NCBI GenBank assembly: GCA_050305515.1
Contig: JBNLFL010000016.1
Span: forward strand, 17,496-81,495
Source of the DNA: Sulfurimonadaceae bacterium
GTDB lineage: Bacteria; Campylobacterota; Campylobacteria; Campylobacterales; Sulfurimonadaceae
Length of the DNA stretch: 64,000 bases
Reading direction: 5' to 3'
A program made the translations under genes and the position numbers. Under the pieces are notes generated by a model that had not been told where the DNA came from, ran no database searches, and was given only the letters and a program-made list of their open reading frames with translations. Of this stretch, positions 1-10,729 are shown one piece after another (positions within the stretch are counted from its first letter, which is position 1; each line of letters starts with the position of its first letter).

Positions 1-290
1 TCATAGCCGTGGACGAATGATGAGGTGCGGGTTACATAGACGTCAAGACGCTCATTGAAGCCATAGCCGAGTTTGAAAGAAGCTGCCAGTCCCTCGTGTG
101 TTTCCGTGGCATCTCTTTTCCAGGAGGCATCGGTATCGTCAAAGCGGCTTTGGGTCAGTGCCACACCGACACCGGCGGCAAAAAAGAGCCCTTTGGCTTC
201 GCTCTGCGCTGCATGGAGCGGGAGTGCTGAGAGGAACAGGTATGTGCCAATCTGTGCAGGCACACGGCGACAAAAAGTGGAAACAGACAT
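1..290 (-). CDS. Partial CDS (N-terminal 96 codons): putative secreted/outer-membrane protein
   Basis: ATG at 290-288 is preceded by AGGAG. My translation stays open to the window edge: MSVSTFCRRVPAQIGTYLFLSALPLHAAQSEAKGLFFAAGVGVALTQ.... The N-terminus looks like a signal peptide and the following Gly/Ala-rich segment looks like a beta-strand. The ORF is missing from the track because it runs off the window. Confidence 0.45.
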   Translation of the reverse strand, partial: MSVSTFCRRVPAQIGTYLFLSALPLHAAQSEAKGLFFAAGVGVALTQSRFDDTDASWKRDATETHEGLAASFKLGYGFNERLDVYVTRTSSFVHGY

Positions 291-447
291 GAAATCTCCT
301 TGATTGTTGTATTTCGTGGCAGTATAGGAAAGATTCGGATTTTGCGCTTTTCCATTCTTGCTGACTTATGCGTTTTAAGGTGGGATATACAAGCTCCGTT
401 TCAATCCCAAACGCTATAATTTGCCATCTGTTTTTTGAGGAGTTGAT

Positions 448-3400
448 ATGAGTGTGACCCCTTTCACCCACCTCCATCTGCACACCGAATACTCCCTGCT
501 TGACGGCGCCAACAAGATCTCCGCGCTGATGAGCCGCGTGAAGGAACTGGGCATGACGTCAGTGGCCATGACCGATCACGGAAACATGTTCGGCGCGATC
601 GATTTTTACCAGCAGGCGCGCGAAGCGGGTCTCAAGCCGCTCATCGGCATGGAAGGCTACATTCACAATGGTGAGGAGCTGGGCGACAAGAGTACCAAAC
701 AGCGCTTTCACATCTGCCTTTTTGCCAAAAATATGGCGGGTTACAAAAACCTGATGTACCTCTCCTCCAAGGCCTATATCGAAGGCTATTACTACTTTCC
801 GCGCATTAACAAGCAGGTGCTGCGCGAGTACTCTGAGGGGCTTATCTGTACTTCGGCATGTCTTCAGGGAGAAGTGAACTGGCATCTTAACCTCAAAAAC
901 GAACGTAACGTCAAAAACGGCGCGGGCGGGTATGACGAGGCGAAGCGGATCGCGCTGGAGTACAAGGAGATATTCGGAGAGGATTTTTACCTTGAACTGA
1001 TGCGCCACGGCATTGGCGATCAGCTCTACATTGACGAGCAGCTGCTGAAGCTCTCGCAGGAGACGGGCATCAAGATCGTCGCCACCAACGACACCCACTA
1101 CACCTTCCCCGACGATGCGCAGTATCATGAAGCGTTTATGTGTATCGGGATGAATAAACTGTATGACGACCCCAACCGGATGCGTCACTCGGTGCATGAG
1201 TTTTACATCAAAAGTCCCGAACAGATGGCACGCCTTTTTGCCGACATTCCCGAAGCGCTCGAACATACGCAGGAGATCGTCGAGAAGTGTCAGCTCGAAC
1301 TCAAACTCGGTGACCCGACGCCGCCGAACTTCAAGTTTACCCGCGAATATGCCGAGGCCGAAGGCTTACATGTAAACCATCCCGACGACCCGGAACTCCC
1401 CGAAGATGCTGACAAGGATGCGCGTAAAAAGTGGCTCAGCGCCGCCGACAAGAACGATGCGGAATTTTTCATTCACTGCTGCCGCAAGGGGCTCGAAGCG
1501 CGTCTTGCCTATGTCCCCGAAGCACGCCATGGGGAGTACCGCGAACGGCTTGAGTTCGAGATGAAGGTCATCAACGACATGAAGTTTCCGGGCTACATGC
1601 TCATTGTCTGGGACTTCGTGAAGGTAGCCAAGGAGATGGGTATTGCCGTAGGGCCGGGGCGGGGTTCCGCCGCAGGGTCGCTGGTAGCGTATGCGCTAGA
1701 AATTACCGACATCGATCCCATGAAATACGACCTTCTTTTTGAGCGTTTCCTTAACCCCGAACGGGTCTCCATGCCGGATATCGATATGGACTTCATGCAG
1801 GCGCGCCGTGGCGAAATTATCGATTACGTGGTGCGCAAATACGGCCGTAATCAGGTGGCGCAGATTATCACTTTCGGTTCGCTTCTGGCCAAGGGAGTCA
1901 TCCGTGACGTCGCACGGGTTCTCGACATGCCGCTTTCACAGGCCGACAAGATGGCCAAACTCATTCCCGATGAACTGGGTATTACACTCAACGGAAAGAA
2001 AAAGGGCGACGAGGTCAAACCCGGCGCGTTTCAGAAAGAGCCGAAAATCAAGGAGCTCATCGACTCCGACGCGCAGGCGGCGCGGGTATGGGAGTTTGCC
2101 AAAAAGCTCGAAGGTTTAAAGCGCAATGCCGGAATGCACGCGGCGGGCGTGGTCATTTCCAATGAAGAGCTGTGGCACAAGACGCCCATTTACAAGCCCT
2201 CCGGCGAGGAGACGTTTGTTACCCAGTATTCGCTCAACTACCTTGAAGACGTCGATCTGATCAAGTTCGACTTTCTGGGCCTCAAGACGCTTGACGTTAT
2301 TGACAACGCCCTGAAACTCGTCAAGGCGCGTCACAACATTGCCGTTGACTGGCACACGATCGACGTGGATGACCCGGAAGTGTACCGGGTGATTCAAAGC
2401 GGGGCGACGGTGGGAATGTTCCAGATAGAGAGTTCGGGCATGCAGGATCTGAATAAACGTCTCAAGCCATCCTCTTTTGAAGACCTCATTGCGGTACTGG
2501 CACTCTACCGTCCGGGACCGATGGAGTCGGGGATGCTTGATGACTTTATCGAACGTAAACACGGCCGCAAAAAGATATTTTACCCCTTTGAAGAGGTAAG
2601 CTTTGACATGCTCCAAGATACGCTTGGACCGACTTACGGGATGATCGTCTATCAGGAACAGGTCATGCAGATCGTCCAGACGGTGGGCGGTTTTTCCCTC
2701 GGCGGCGCGGACATCGTACGCCGGGCGATGGGTAAGAAAAAAGCCGATCTTATGAAAAAGTACAATCAGGAGTTCTCCGAGGGGGCGCAAAAGCAGGGGC
2801 TTGATTATAAAAAAGCCTCCGAGCTATTCGACCTGATCGAAAAATTCGCGGGTTACGGTTTCAACAAGTCGCACTCGGCAGCCTATGCGATGGTTACGTT
2901 CCAGACGGCATGGCTCAAGTGCTATTACCCCAAAGAGTTCATGGCGGCGCTGCTCACATCGGAGCGCGATAACACCGACAAGGTGGTCAAGTACATCGAT
3001 GAGGCCAAACGTATGGGCATCGAGCTTTCGCCTCCGGATATCAACCGCTCCTACATGGAGTTTTCACCGGCGACCATCGACGGCAACGAACTGATTCTTT
3101 TCGGGCTCGGTGCCATCAAGGGTGTGGGTGAATCGGCGGTTGAATCGATTCTCGAAGTGCGCAAAGAGGGCACGTTTGGCGATATGCAGGAGTTTGTCAA
3201 CCGTATCAACCCCAACAAGGTCAACAAGAAAGTGATCGAATCCATCGTCAAGGCGGGCGGGTTCGATGCCTTCGGCTTTTCGCGCAAGGCGCTGCTGCAG
3301 CAGATCGAAGCACTTGTGGAGGTCGCCAAAGATGCTTCAACGGCAAAGAAAAACGCCGTAGGCAGTCTGTTTGGAGACGATGAAGAGATCACGACGGTAC

Positions 3401-4068
3401 AGCTCTCGCTCAAAAACGAGCCCGAATACGGTCTGAAAGAGATTCTCGAGTTTGAAAAAGAGACGCTCGGTTTTTACGTTTCGGGCCATCCGCTCGATGA
3501 TTTCAGAAACGAGATCGATAAAATTACCTATACGCTCTCAAGCGACGTTGAAAACATCGCGGACGGCTCAACGGCGATTTTTATCGGAAAAGTCGAGGAG
3601 ATCACCAAGAAGATCTCCAAAAAAGGCAACGCCTTCGGCATTGTCAACCTGATGGACTTTCACGGGAACATCGAAATGATGCTCTTTAGCGACAAGCTTG
3701 AAGAGTTGGAAAAAATGAACCTTGACGAACCGGTGGCTTTCAAGGTCAAGATTACCCATACCGAGCAGTTTACCCGTACAAGCGTCATGAAAATCATTAC
3801 GCTCAAAGAGGCGATGAAAGAGGCGAAAAAGGTTGAAACCAAAATTATGGAAAAACCGCCAGAACCGCTCTTTATCCAGCTGCACATGACGCAGGATATG
3901 GAGCATCTTGAGACACTTTACCGTCTGGTGCGAAAATACCCCGGCAACCGCCCGCTGCAACTGACACTGGTGAGCAAACTTCAAAACATTGTCATTGATT
4001 CGGCGATCCGTGTTGACGGACGGGTTATTGAAGAGCTGGAAAAACTCGCTTTCGTGGATGTCGCATGA
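448..4068 (+). CDS. dnaE: DNA polymerase III alpha subunit
   Basis: 1206 aa. N-terminal PHP domain (HLHLHTEYSLLDG, MTDHGNMFG), polymerase core (GRGSAAGSLVAYAL, PDIDMDF) and a C-terminal OB-fold region. This is the typical DnaE length and motif set. Confidence 0.97.
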   Translation: MSVTPFTHLHLHTEYSLLDGANKISALMSRVKELGMTSVAMTDHGNMFGAIDFYQQAREAGLKPLIGMEGYIHNGEELGDKSTKQRFHICLFAKNMAGYKNLMYLSSKAYIEGYYYFPRINKQVLREYSEGLICTSACLQGEVNWHLNLKNERNVKNGAGGYDEAKRIALEYKEIFGEDFYLELMRHGIGDQLYIDEQLLKLSQETGIKIVATNDTHYTFPDDAQYHEAFMCIGMNKLYDDPNRMRHSVHEFYIKSPEQMARLFADIPEALEHTQEIVEKCQLELKLGDPTPPNFKFTREYAEAEGLHVNHPDDPELPEDADKDARKKWLSAADKNDAEFFIHCCRKGLEARLAYVPEARHGEYRERLEFEMKVINDMKFPGYMLIVWDFVKVAKEMGIAVGPGRGSAAGSLVAYALEITDIDPMKYDLLFERFLNPERVSMPDIDMDFMQARRGEIIDYVVRKYGRNQVAQIITFGSLLAKGVIRDVARVLDMPLSQADKMAKLIPDELGITLNGKKKGDEVKPGAFQKEPKIKELIDSDAQAARVWEFAKKLEGLKRNAGMHAAGVVISNEELWHKTPIYKPSGEETFVTQYSLNYLEDVDLIKFDFLGLKTLDVIDNALKLVKARHNIAVDWHTIDVDDPEVYRVIQSGATVGMFQIESSGMQDLNKRLKPSSFEDLIAVLALYRPGPMESGMLDDFIERKHGRKKIFYPFEEVSFDMLQDTLGPTYGMIVYQEQVMQIVQTVGGFSLGGADIVRRAMGKKKADLMKKYNQEFSEGAQKQGLDYKKASELFDLIEKFAGYGFNKSHSAAYAMVTFQTAWLKCYYPKEFMAALLTSERDNTDKVVKYIDEAKRMGIELSPPDINRSYMEFSPATIDGNELILFGLGAIKGVGESAVESILEVRKEGTFGDMQEFVNRINPNKVNKKVIESIVKAGGFDAFGFSRKALLQQIEALVEVAKDASTAKKNAVGSLFGDDEEITTVQLSLKNEPEYGLKEILEFEKETLGFYVSGHPLDDFRNEIDKITYTLSSDVENIADGSTAIFIGKVEEITKKISKKGNAFGIVNLMDFHGNIEMMLFSDKLEELEKMNLDEPVAFKVKITHTEQFTRTSVMKIITLKEAMKEAKKVETKIMEKPPEPLFIQLHMTQDMEHLETLYRLVRKYPGNRPLQLTLVSKLQNIVIDSAIRVDGRVIEELEKLAFVDVA

Positions 4069-4394
4069 ACAGCGAAGATGTTGAATTCATAGCGCGCCGC
4101 GCCAAATATACCAGACGCTGGAATGTCGTCGCGCTGCTCTCCGTGATTCTGCTTGCGGCAATGGCGGGCAACCTCTGGGTGAATGTGCCGCACATGATCA
4201 ACCCCTTACATGTAAAGACGTTGATCGAAGAGCATGCCCTGACATGCAATCTTGCAGCAACGATGGCCGGCGTCTTGCCTTACATGGTGCTTTTCATCTT
4301 TTTTCTAATGGTCATACTCATTGTGTATGCAAGCGTCATGATACGCAATGAAAAACGTTTTCTTAAGATCATCGAACAGATAAAAAACTCATGA
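4065..4394 (+). CDS. Hypothetical membrane protein (two hydrophobic helices)
   Basis: Start overlaps the dnaE stop (ATGA), suggesting translational coupling. Two clear hydrophobic segments. I recognise no family. Confidence 0.5.
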   Translation: MNSEDVEFIARRAKYTRRWNVVALLSVILLAAMAGNLWVNVPHMINPLHVKTLIEEHALTCNLAATMAGVLPYMVLFIFFLMVILIVYASVMIRNEKRFLKIIEQIKNS

Positions 4395-4990
4395 GACTTT
4401 CAGCTTTATGGGCGCTGGCGCTGCTCTTTGGAGGTTGCAGTATCACCTCTTTGAGTCTGGAAAACGAGTCGGAAATTCTCATCCGGAAAGATGAAAAGAA
4501 GCTAATAGTATCGGGCGATCTTGTACAGACGCGTCAGGAACGTTTCAGTAATCTCAAACTGCAGCAGAGTGTTTTCAAGTTTGAGGATGGGGAACTCTGC
4601 ATCTATGAAGAGGCTGAGACGGATATCGACTATCGCTTTGCCACCGATACGCAAAGTGCGACAGGCATGATCTTTGATTCCCGCAAGGTACGCTGCATCG
4701 CTTCACTCGGCAACCTCTATTTTTTTCAGGTTTTACTCAAGGATAACCACTGGCTCAATGTCATTGTTGAACAAGATGACATGCAAAGCCTGCAAATGGT
4801 CTATGGCATTGACAATGAAAAAATGCGCTTAACCATTGAACATCTTGGTGGTAAATTCTCACAGAATCTGGAAGAAAAAATAACCTCTTTTGATCGCTTT
4901 CAGGGTTCGTTTTTAACACAGTGGAGTGCAAAACTCCTGACACTTGACGGGCTGATTAACCGAATACGGCGCAATCGCATGAATCCTTGA
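4391..4990 (+). CDS. Hypothetical lipoprotein
   Basis: ATGA overlap with the upstream ORF. Signal peptide with lipobox (LLFGGC). No recognisable domain. Confidence 0.55.
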   Translation: MRLSALWALALLFGGCSITSLSLENESEILIRKDEKKLIVSGDLVQTRQERFSNLKLQQSVFKFEDGELCIYEEAETDIDYRFATDTQSATGMIFDSRKVRCIASLGNLYFFQVLLKDNHWLNVIVEQDDMQSLQMVYGIDNEKMRLTIEHLGGKFSQNLEEKITSFDRFQGSFLTQWSAKLLTLDGLINRIRRNRMNP

Positions 4991-5072
4991 AACTACATCG
5001 AATTTCCCCTTGAAGCTTCAGAAAATACCCTCTATGATGAGCGTATAAAACCTGTTACACAAGGAGGATAAG

Positions 5073-5255
5073 ATGTTTCTCGACAAGAAAAAATACAATA
5101 TTTATCTCGTCTCCGCGATTATCGGTGCAGGACTGCTGTATATGGGCATTAGCACCTGGTATATTCAAAAAGAGGTAATGAGCCAGACCAGCGTTGATCT
5201 TGCGATAGACCGCGCCGTTGATCAGTGCTGGGAACAGAAAAGTGTTAATGAGTAA
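5073..5255 (+). CDS. Small hypothetical membrane protein (60 aa)
   Basis: GGAGGA lies upstream of the ATG. One hydrophobic helix (IYLVSAIIGAGLLYMGI). The ORF is short, so confidence is low. Confidence 0.35.
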   Translation: MFLDKKKYNIYLVSAIIGAGLLYMGISTWYIQKEVMSQTSVDLAIDRAVDQCWEQKSVNE

Positions 5256-5317
5256 TCTGTTTTAAAAACTATTCTCACTATAATGCGATATCTTTGTGAA
5301 AAAAAAAGGATCGCATA

Positions 5318-7096
5318 ATGAAAGCTATTACAGGCATCATTGCGGCGATGGCAGCACTTTTTCTGCTGTCGGGGTGTGATGAGAGCAGTTTCGAGTGTGG
5401 AACGGGCCAGAAAGCTCTTAATGGAGAATGTGTCGCCAAAACCTGTCAGGCGGATGGCTATCAGTGTCCCGATTGTAATACGGCAATTGGTGAGACGCTT
5501 GGATATTTTGCAGATGAAAGCGGTTTTTGTAAGGTAACCTGGTGTCCTGATGCGCAGGGCAATCCGGATGAAGACTTTAAATGGGTCGATCACAACGAGA
5601 CTTTTGCCGAATGTATCGCCAAAACCTGTCAGACTGACGGTTACCAGTGTCCTGAATGTAATGAAGTGGGTGGTGAAACACTGCTTTATTTTGCTGATGA
5701 AAGCGGTTTTTGTAAGGTGACTTGGTGCCCGGATGCACAGGGCAATCCGGATGAAGACTTCAAATGGGTCGATCACAACGAGACTTTTGCCGAATGTGTT
5801 GCCAAAACCTGCCGTGATGATGCCTATGGCTGTCCGAGTTGCGCAACCTATGAAAAGCTGACTTACAGCAGTGACGGGAGTGGAACCTGCGTGGTAAAAA
5901 ACTGCCGTGACGACGGATATAACTGCCCCAGTTGTGATGCCTATGAACGTATCGTATATAATGGCGATGGTACGGCCTACTGTACCAGCAAGCCATGCGC
6001 TTATCCGACTGTTGGAAGTCGTTATGCACTCAGTAATCTGGTGATCCCGATGTGTAAAGTGCGACTCAAAAACGGCCAGACATTGAGCGTTGACCTTGGC
6101 ATCGGCAGTGGTGCCAGTACGCTCAGCGGCAAAAGCAATTTTGTTACCGGTAACGGGTTGAGCCTTAATTGTGGAGATGTTTCCGGCGTCTGCCCCGGCA
6201 GTGCTGCCGCAGACGATAAAATCATGCCTTTGCGTGAGAGTGACTTCACTCCGGCGGTTTTGGAATTTGAACTGAATGAAGCGATGAATCGTGCGACCCT
6301 GACCAAAATCACCACAATCAAAGATAGCAGCAACCATGCCATCAGTGCACTGTTTCATCCCTTAATGGAAAGCAATTCCTCCAAGCATGCTTATGACAGA
6401 AATGGTAATGAAATCGCCTATAATCCTAACGCCATAGATACTGAAGCGGTCGTCAGACTCTCTGCAGATCGTGGTTATTGGGTGGGTGATGCCTATACTG
6501 CCTCGATTGCCCATCTGGATGAAAACGGCGTGATTACAAAACGTTTTGTACCGCAGGGATGGATGTTTACAACCAATTATGATGTCAATGACTCGCTTCC
6601 TGCCACTCTTGCCTCTCGTGCACCTTATGGCGGGATTGAAGCGATTGCGGTGGATGAAACCAATCAGTTGCTTTATTTCATGACGGCAACACCGCTTTCG
6701 ACAGATGCCAATACCAATCTTCGCCTCTATACAGTCTCGCTTAATGCGGGGCTGGATGATATTGCGCTTCCTGTAGCTATCAGCAATGACCATAATTACA
6801 CGCTTGCAAGCTCCGGCCATCGTGTATCGGAAATGTATCTTAGCAGTCCGGGAACGCTTCTTGTTGTCGAACATGACGGTACGAATACGCAGCTCTATCG
6901 TGTACCGATCAGCGGTGCAACACTCAGCAAAAATGCTGTAGCAATTTCGGGAACAACGCCATCGGATGTCCAGGCATTTGCACCGGCACCTATGGGTGGA
7001 AGCAGCCGCTTCTTCTTTGCAAACGATAACAATTTTGGGCAAAATGGCAGTGCCAACCAAATGCTTTTCGTTGATCTTAACACGACAGGATTTTGA
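5318..7096 (+). CDS. Lipoprotein with N-terminal Cys-rich tandem modules and a large C-terminal globular (beta-propeller-like?) domain
   Basis: Signal peptide plus lipobox (LLSGC). Two near-identical 61-aa modules (AKTCQxDGYQCPxCN...[30 protein letters not shown]) are followed by shorter CxxDxYxCPSC modules. The C-terminal ~330 aa family is not identified with confidence. Confidence 0.7.
   Translation: MKAITGIIAAMAALFLLSGCDESSFECGTGQKALNGECVAKTCQADGYQCPDCNTAIGETLGYFADESGFCKVTWCPDAQGNPDEDFKWVDHNETFAECIAKTCQTDGYQCPECNEVGGETLLYFADESGFCKVTWCPDAQGNPDEDFKWVDHNETFAECVAKTCRDDAYGCPSCATYEKLTYSSDGSGTCVVKNCRDDGYNCPSCDAYERIVYNGDGTAYCTSKPCAYPTVGSRYALSNLVIPMCKVRLKNGQTLSVDLGIGSGASTLSGKSNFVTGNGLSLNCGDVSGVCPGSAAADDKIMPLRESDFTPAVLEFELNEAMNRATLTKITTIKDSSNHAISALFHPLMESNSSKHAYDRNGNEIAYNPNAIDTEAVVRLSADRGYWVGDAYTASIAHLDENGVITKRFVPQGWMFTTNYDVNDSLPATLASRAPYGGIEAIAVDETNQLLYFMTATPLSTDANTNLRLYTVSLNAGLDDIALPVAISNDHNYTLASSGHRVSEMYLSSPGTLLVVEHDGTNTQLYRVPISGATLSKNAVAISGTTPSDVQAFAPAPMGGSSRFFFANDNNFGQNGSANQMLFVDLNTTGF
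5435..5800 (+). repeat. Tandem direct repeat, 2 x 183 bp (in-frame, intragenic), with a degenerate third unit starting at 5801
   Basis: Units start at 5435, 5618 and 5801, each with GCCAAAACCTG. Long identical stretches include GATGAAAGCGGTTTTTGTAAGGT and GGCAATCCGGATGAAGACTT. Confidence 0.9.
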
Positions 7097-8484
7097 TCAT
7101 GAAACATAATATTTTTCTTTCAATGATTTTGGTCGGGACATCGCTCAGTGCCGGATATGTCGATCATCTCCATCTTCGCGGCGGTGTGAGTAAGGCATTC
7201 ATGGATGAAGCTGATAGCAGCAAAGTCGATACGAAAACCATTAAATCGGTTGGCTGGATTTACGATCTGTCTGCGGTTTTTAACGTTGCGGACGAGGGCT
7301 TTTTCAGTGAGTTCAAGCCCTATATTGATTTTTCCGGACGTCATTATGATGACCGGAGTGCCAATACGGCAGGGGTTGGTCTTTACCATGACTTTGATCC
7401 TGTCGCAGGATTCACCCCTTTTGCATCCGCAGGTATCGGTTACGGACAAATGCGCTGGGAAAATGTTCCGCTGAAGGGAACGGTAGATCGTGACAAAGGG
7501 ATGTCCAGTGCCGTTGGAACTTTACAGGGAGGGCTTTATATGCCGCTTCTTGACTGGCTTGACCTGAGTGCCGGAGTCCGTATGGATGTCTACAGTTTCA
7601 AGACCGAATTTAAAACCGAAGATCATACAACCTCCCAAACCGATAATTTTGCGCTATCAGGGCTGATAGGGCTGCGTTTCAAGTTCCCATCCTCTGCTTC
7701 GGATGAGATCATCGCGGCAGATGAGCCCGACACCAAGCTGCCACCGGCCAACATGGCGGCAGCCGCAACGGCCGCAACAACTGCCGCCGCTGTTACGACT
7801 GCTGTTACGGCTCCGTGTGATCTTTCAAAAACTCCGCGTCATCTCTATTTTGCATTCGACAGTGCCGAGCTTGATGCTCAGGCCAAAAAGATTCTGGATG
7901 ATTCAGCCGCATGTATGAATGAACACCCGGAAACCGTGATTGAATTTGAAGGTCATGCCGACAGTACCGGCCCTGCTGCCTACAACCAGCAACTGTCACT
8001 TAAACGTGCGATATCGGCTCGTGATTATGGTGTGACAGCTGGAATTGCCGCATCGCAGACCAATGTAGCTGCTAAAGGCGAAACCATGCCGATTGCAAGC
8101 AATGCAACACGTGAGGGACGTGCCAAAAACCGCCGTGTTGATATCTATTTCATCGATACAATACTGCCCGTTACGTTTGCATACAATGACACTTCCATCA
8201 CCGGACAGGTTGAAAAACTCAACGGTCTGCTTGAGATGATGCAGAAAAATCCGCAGAGTGCCATTACCATTGTCGGGCATACCGATGATGTGGGCAGCCA
8301 GAAATACAACCTGAAACTTTCGCGCAAACGTGCTGAAGCGGTTAAGGCGTTCCTGGTCGGAAACGGTATCGATGCCGCACGCATTAATGTTGAGGCCAAA
8401 GGAAAACTTGAACCCGCAGTAGAAGGCAAAGATGACGCTTCACGCGCGAAAAACCGTCGTGCCGAGATGACGGTACGCCATTAG
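7093..8484 (+). CDS. OmpA-family outer-membrane protein with two tandem C-terminal OmpA-like domains
   Basis: ATGA overlap with the upstream lipoprotein gene. Signal peptide, then a beta-barrel-like N-terminal half and an Ala/Thr-rich linker ([20 protein letters not shown]). Two OmpA peptidoglycan-binding modules follow, each ending in an NRRV/NRRA motif ([20 protein letters not shown]). Confidence 0.85.
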   Translation: MIMKHNIFLSMILVGTSLSAGYVDHLHLRGGVSKAFMDEADSSKVDTKTIKSVGWIYDLSAVFNVADEGFFSEFKPYIDFSGRHYDDRSANTAGVGLYHDFDPVAGFTPFASAGIGYGQMRWENVPLKGTVDRDKGMSSAVGTLQGGLYMPLLDWLDLSAGVRMDVYSFKTEFKTEDHTTSQTDNFALSGLIGLRFKFPSSASDEIIAADEPDTKLPPANMAAAATAATTAAAVTTAVTAPCDLSKTPRHLYFAFDSAELDAQAKKILDDSAACMNEHPETVIEFEGHADSTGPAAYNQQLSLKRAISARDYGVTAGIAASQTNVAAKGETMPIASNATREGRAKNRRVDIYFIDTILPVTFAYNDTSITGQVEKLNGLLEMMQKNPQSAITIVGHTDDVGSQKYNLKLSRKRAEAVKAFLVGNGIDAARINVEAKGKLEPAVEGKDDASRAKNRRAEMTVRH

Positions 8485-8490
8485 GATGTC

Positions 8491-9744
8491 ATGGTGGAGC
8501 ATTTCAACAGCGATCTCTTTGCGTTTCTGAATGCATCGCCGACACCGTTTCATGCGGTCTCCAGGATGCGTTCAATGCTGCTTGAAGCAGATTTTGAAGA
8601 GCTTCAGGAGAGTGCGTCCTGGAATGTAAAAGAAGGAAAACGCTATTTTTGCATACGTAACGGCAGTGCCCTGATTGCGTTTACGTACCCGAAAACTGCC
8701 AAACCGGGGTATCTGCTTCTGGGTGCCCATACGGACTCGCCCAATCTTAAAATCAAGCCCAATCCGATACAGCAAAAAGAGGGGATGACCCAGCTGGCTG
8801 TCGAACCTTACGGCGGAGTGCTCATCAACCCCTGGTTTGACCGTGAGCTTTCCATTGCCGGCAAGGTTGTCGGTGTTGATGCCGGAGATGCGGTTTGCGA
8901 ATCACTTGTGGATTTTGAAGCGCCTGTGGCTATTATCCCTTCACTGGCAATCCATCTCGACCCGACAGCCAATAAAGAGCGCAGTGTCAACCTCCAGACC
9001 GATATCGCCCCGCTGCTTACATGTAATGAAAATTTCGACTTTGACGCCGCACTTAAAAAAGCCGCCCATGCGGATTTGGAATCGATACTCTCGTACGAAC
9101 TGAGTCTGTACGATGTCCAGAAAGCGGGTTATGTCGGAATCGAGCGCGACTTTATCGCATCGGCACGTCTGGACAATCTGCTTAGCTGTTATGTCAATGT
9201 GCAGACGCTGCTGCAAGCGGGCCCTGACGATGCGGTGATGATCTTCTGTTCGGATCACGAAGAGGTGGGCAGCGAAAGCAGCTCCGGTGCGGCAGGGCCG
9301 TTTCTTGAGCAGTTGCTGCGACGCCTCTACACCCATCCCGAAACCTATGCGCAGATGATCCGAAACTCCCTGATGGTCTCCTGCGACAATGCCCATGCCG
9401 CCCATCCGAACTTTTCGGACAAGCATGAACCGGGGCACAAGCCGCGTATGAACGGCGGTGCCGTCATCAAAATCAACGCTAATCAGCGTTACGCTTCAAA
9501 CGCCCTGAGCATTGCCCGTTTTGCCAAGGCCGCGCAGGATGCTGGAGTCGCCATCCAGCGCTATGTGACCCGCAGCGATATGGGGTGCGGCTCGACCATC
9601 GGCCCGATTACGGCAACCCGTCTGGGGATCGAAACGGTCGATGTCGGCCTGCCGACGCTGGCCATGCACTCCATCCGCGAACTTGCAGGCAGCAGGGATG
9701 CTTACGAACTGGTACAAATCCTTCTGAAGCTTTTGCGTGGCTGA
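8491..9744 (+). CDS. apeB: M18-family aminopeptidase (aspartyl aminopeptidase-like)
   Basis: 417 aa. The N-terminal SPTPFHAV motif, HTDSP, and conserved acidic/His metal-ligand regions (DHEEVGS, AHAAHPN, MHS) are typical of M18 peptidases. Confidence 0.85.
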   Translation: MVEHFNSDLFAFLNASPTPFHAVSRMRSMLLEADFEELQESASWNVKEGKRYFCIRNGSALIAFTYPKTAKPGYLLLGAHTDSPNLKIKPNPIQQKEGMTQLAVEPYGGVLINPWFDRELSIAGKVVGVDAGDAVCESLVDFEAPVAIIPSLAIHLDPTANKERSVNLQTDIAPLLTCNENFDFDAALKKAAHADLESILSYELSLYDVQKAGYVGIERDFIASARLDNLLSCYVNVQTLLQAGPDDAVMIFCSDHEEVGSESSSGAAGPFLEQLLRRLYTHPETYAQMIRNSLMVSCDNAHAAHPNFSDKHEPGHKPRMNGGAVIKINANQRYASNALSIARFAKAAQDAGVAIQRYVTRSDMGCGSTIGPITATRLGIETVDVGLPTLAMHSIRELAGSRDAYELVQILLKLLRG

Positions 9745-10729
9745 CACGCTTTCCCCGCAGGAGCTGCAGTTCTTTATCGAACAGAGCTTCAAGCTTGAAA
9801 ACGATTTTAAAAACCTTAAAGAGTCGTATGAACAGCTGCAGGGAACCATAGAGCGTGTCGTCGCCTTTTTGCCCAATGCCATCTGGATTCTTGAAGAGGA
9901 TGGCAGGGTTTTTCTGGAAAATACCCAGGCGAAGGAACACGCCCATTTACTTGAGGCGCTGCGTTTCGATGAGGAAGAGTATGAACTTGCCATCGATGCG
10001 CGCTATTATCTGATCAAGCTCTCCCGTTATGAGGAGAAACGGCTGATTTCGGCAACGGACATCACGGAGCAAAAGCGCAAGGAAAACCTTGCGACCATGG
10101 GGCAGATGGCGGCGCATCTCTCGCATGAGATCCGTAATCCCATCGGCTCGATTGCACTGCTAACCTCAACTTTGATGAAGCGTGTCATTCCCAAAAACAA
10201 GCCGATCGTCTTTGAGATTCAGAAGTCCATTTACCGAATCGAGCGGATCATCAAATCAACCCTGATGTTTTCCAAAGGGGTCAAGACGCAAATCGAGACC
10301 ATCCGCTGGAGCCAGATTCTTGAAGAGCTTGAGATGGCTATAAGCTATTACAGTTACGCCAAGGAGATTGACTTCATTCTCCCGCGGGATGATTTTGAAC
10401 TCTCGGGCGATGCCGATCTGCTGAGCATGCTCTTTAGCAATTTCATTTTCAATGCCATTGATGCGATTGAGACAGATGAAGAGGAAACGGGCCGTGTGGA
10501 GATGCAGCATGTCGCTGAAGCGGACTTTCACCGTTTTGAAGTCCATGATACGGGCATTCCCATCGAAAACAAGCAGATGCTCTTTGAAGCGTTTAAAAGT
10601 ACGAAGCAGAAAGGAAATGGGCTGGGATTGCTCTTAAGCAAGCAGATTGCAGAGGCCCATGGCGGTGAAGTAGGGCTCTGCGAGGGCGCGCACAAAGGCT
10701 TTTACATTCGCCTGCGCCGCCGGGATTAA
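9737..10729 (+). CDS. Cytoplasmic sensor histidine kinase (PAS-like N-terminus, HisKA, HATPase_c)
   Basis: H-box AAHLSHEIRNPIGSI. N-, G1- and G2-like boxes (FNAIDA, HDTGIPI, GNGLGLLLSKQIAEAHGG). No TM segments. Confidence 0.85.
   Translation: MADTLSPQELQFFIEQSFKLENDFKNLKESYEQLQGTIERVVAFLPNAIWILEEDGRVFLENTQAKEHAHLLEALRFDEEEYELAIDARYYLIKLSRYEEKRLISATDITEQKRKENLATMGQMAAHLSHEIRNPIGSIALLTSTLMKRVIPKNKPIVFEIQKSIYRIERIIKSTLMFSKGVKTQIETIRWSQILEELEMAISYYSYAKEIDFILPRDDFELSGDADLLSMLFSNFIFNAIDAIETDEEETGRVEMQHVAEADFHRFEVHDTGIPIENKQMLFEAFKSTKQKGNGLGLLLSKQIAEAHGGEVGLCEGAHKGFYIRLRRRD

Noticed and set aside
5222-6358. 378-aa ORF antisense to the Cys-rich lipoprotein gene
   Set aside because: It lies entirely within and opposite a gene that has a signal peptide, a lipobox and repeat structure. 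Its translation is low-complexity, it repeats as a mirror of the 183-bp duplication, and it has no motifs or RBS. I treat it as a shadow ORF.
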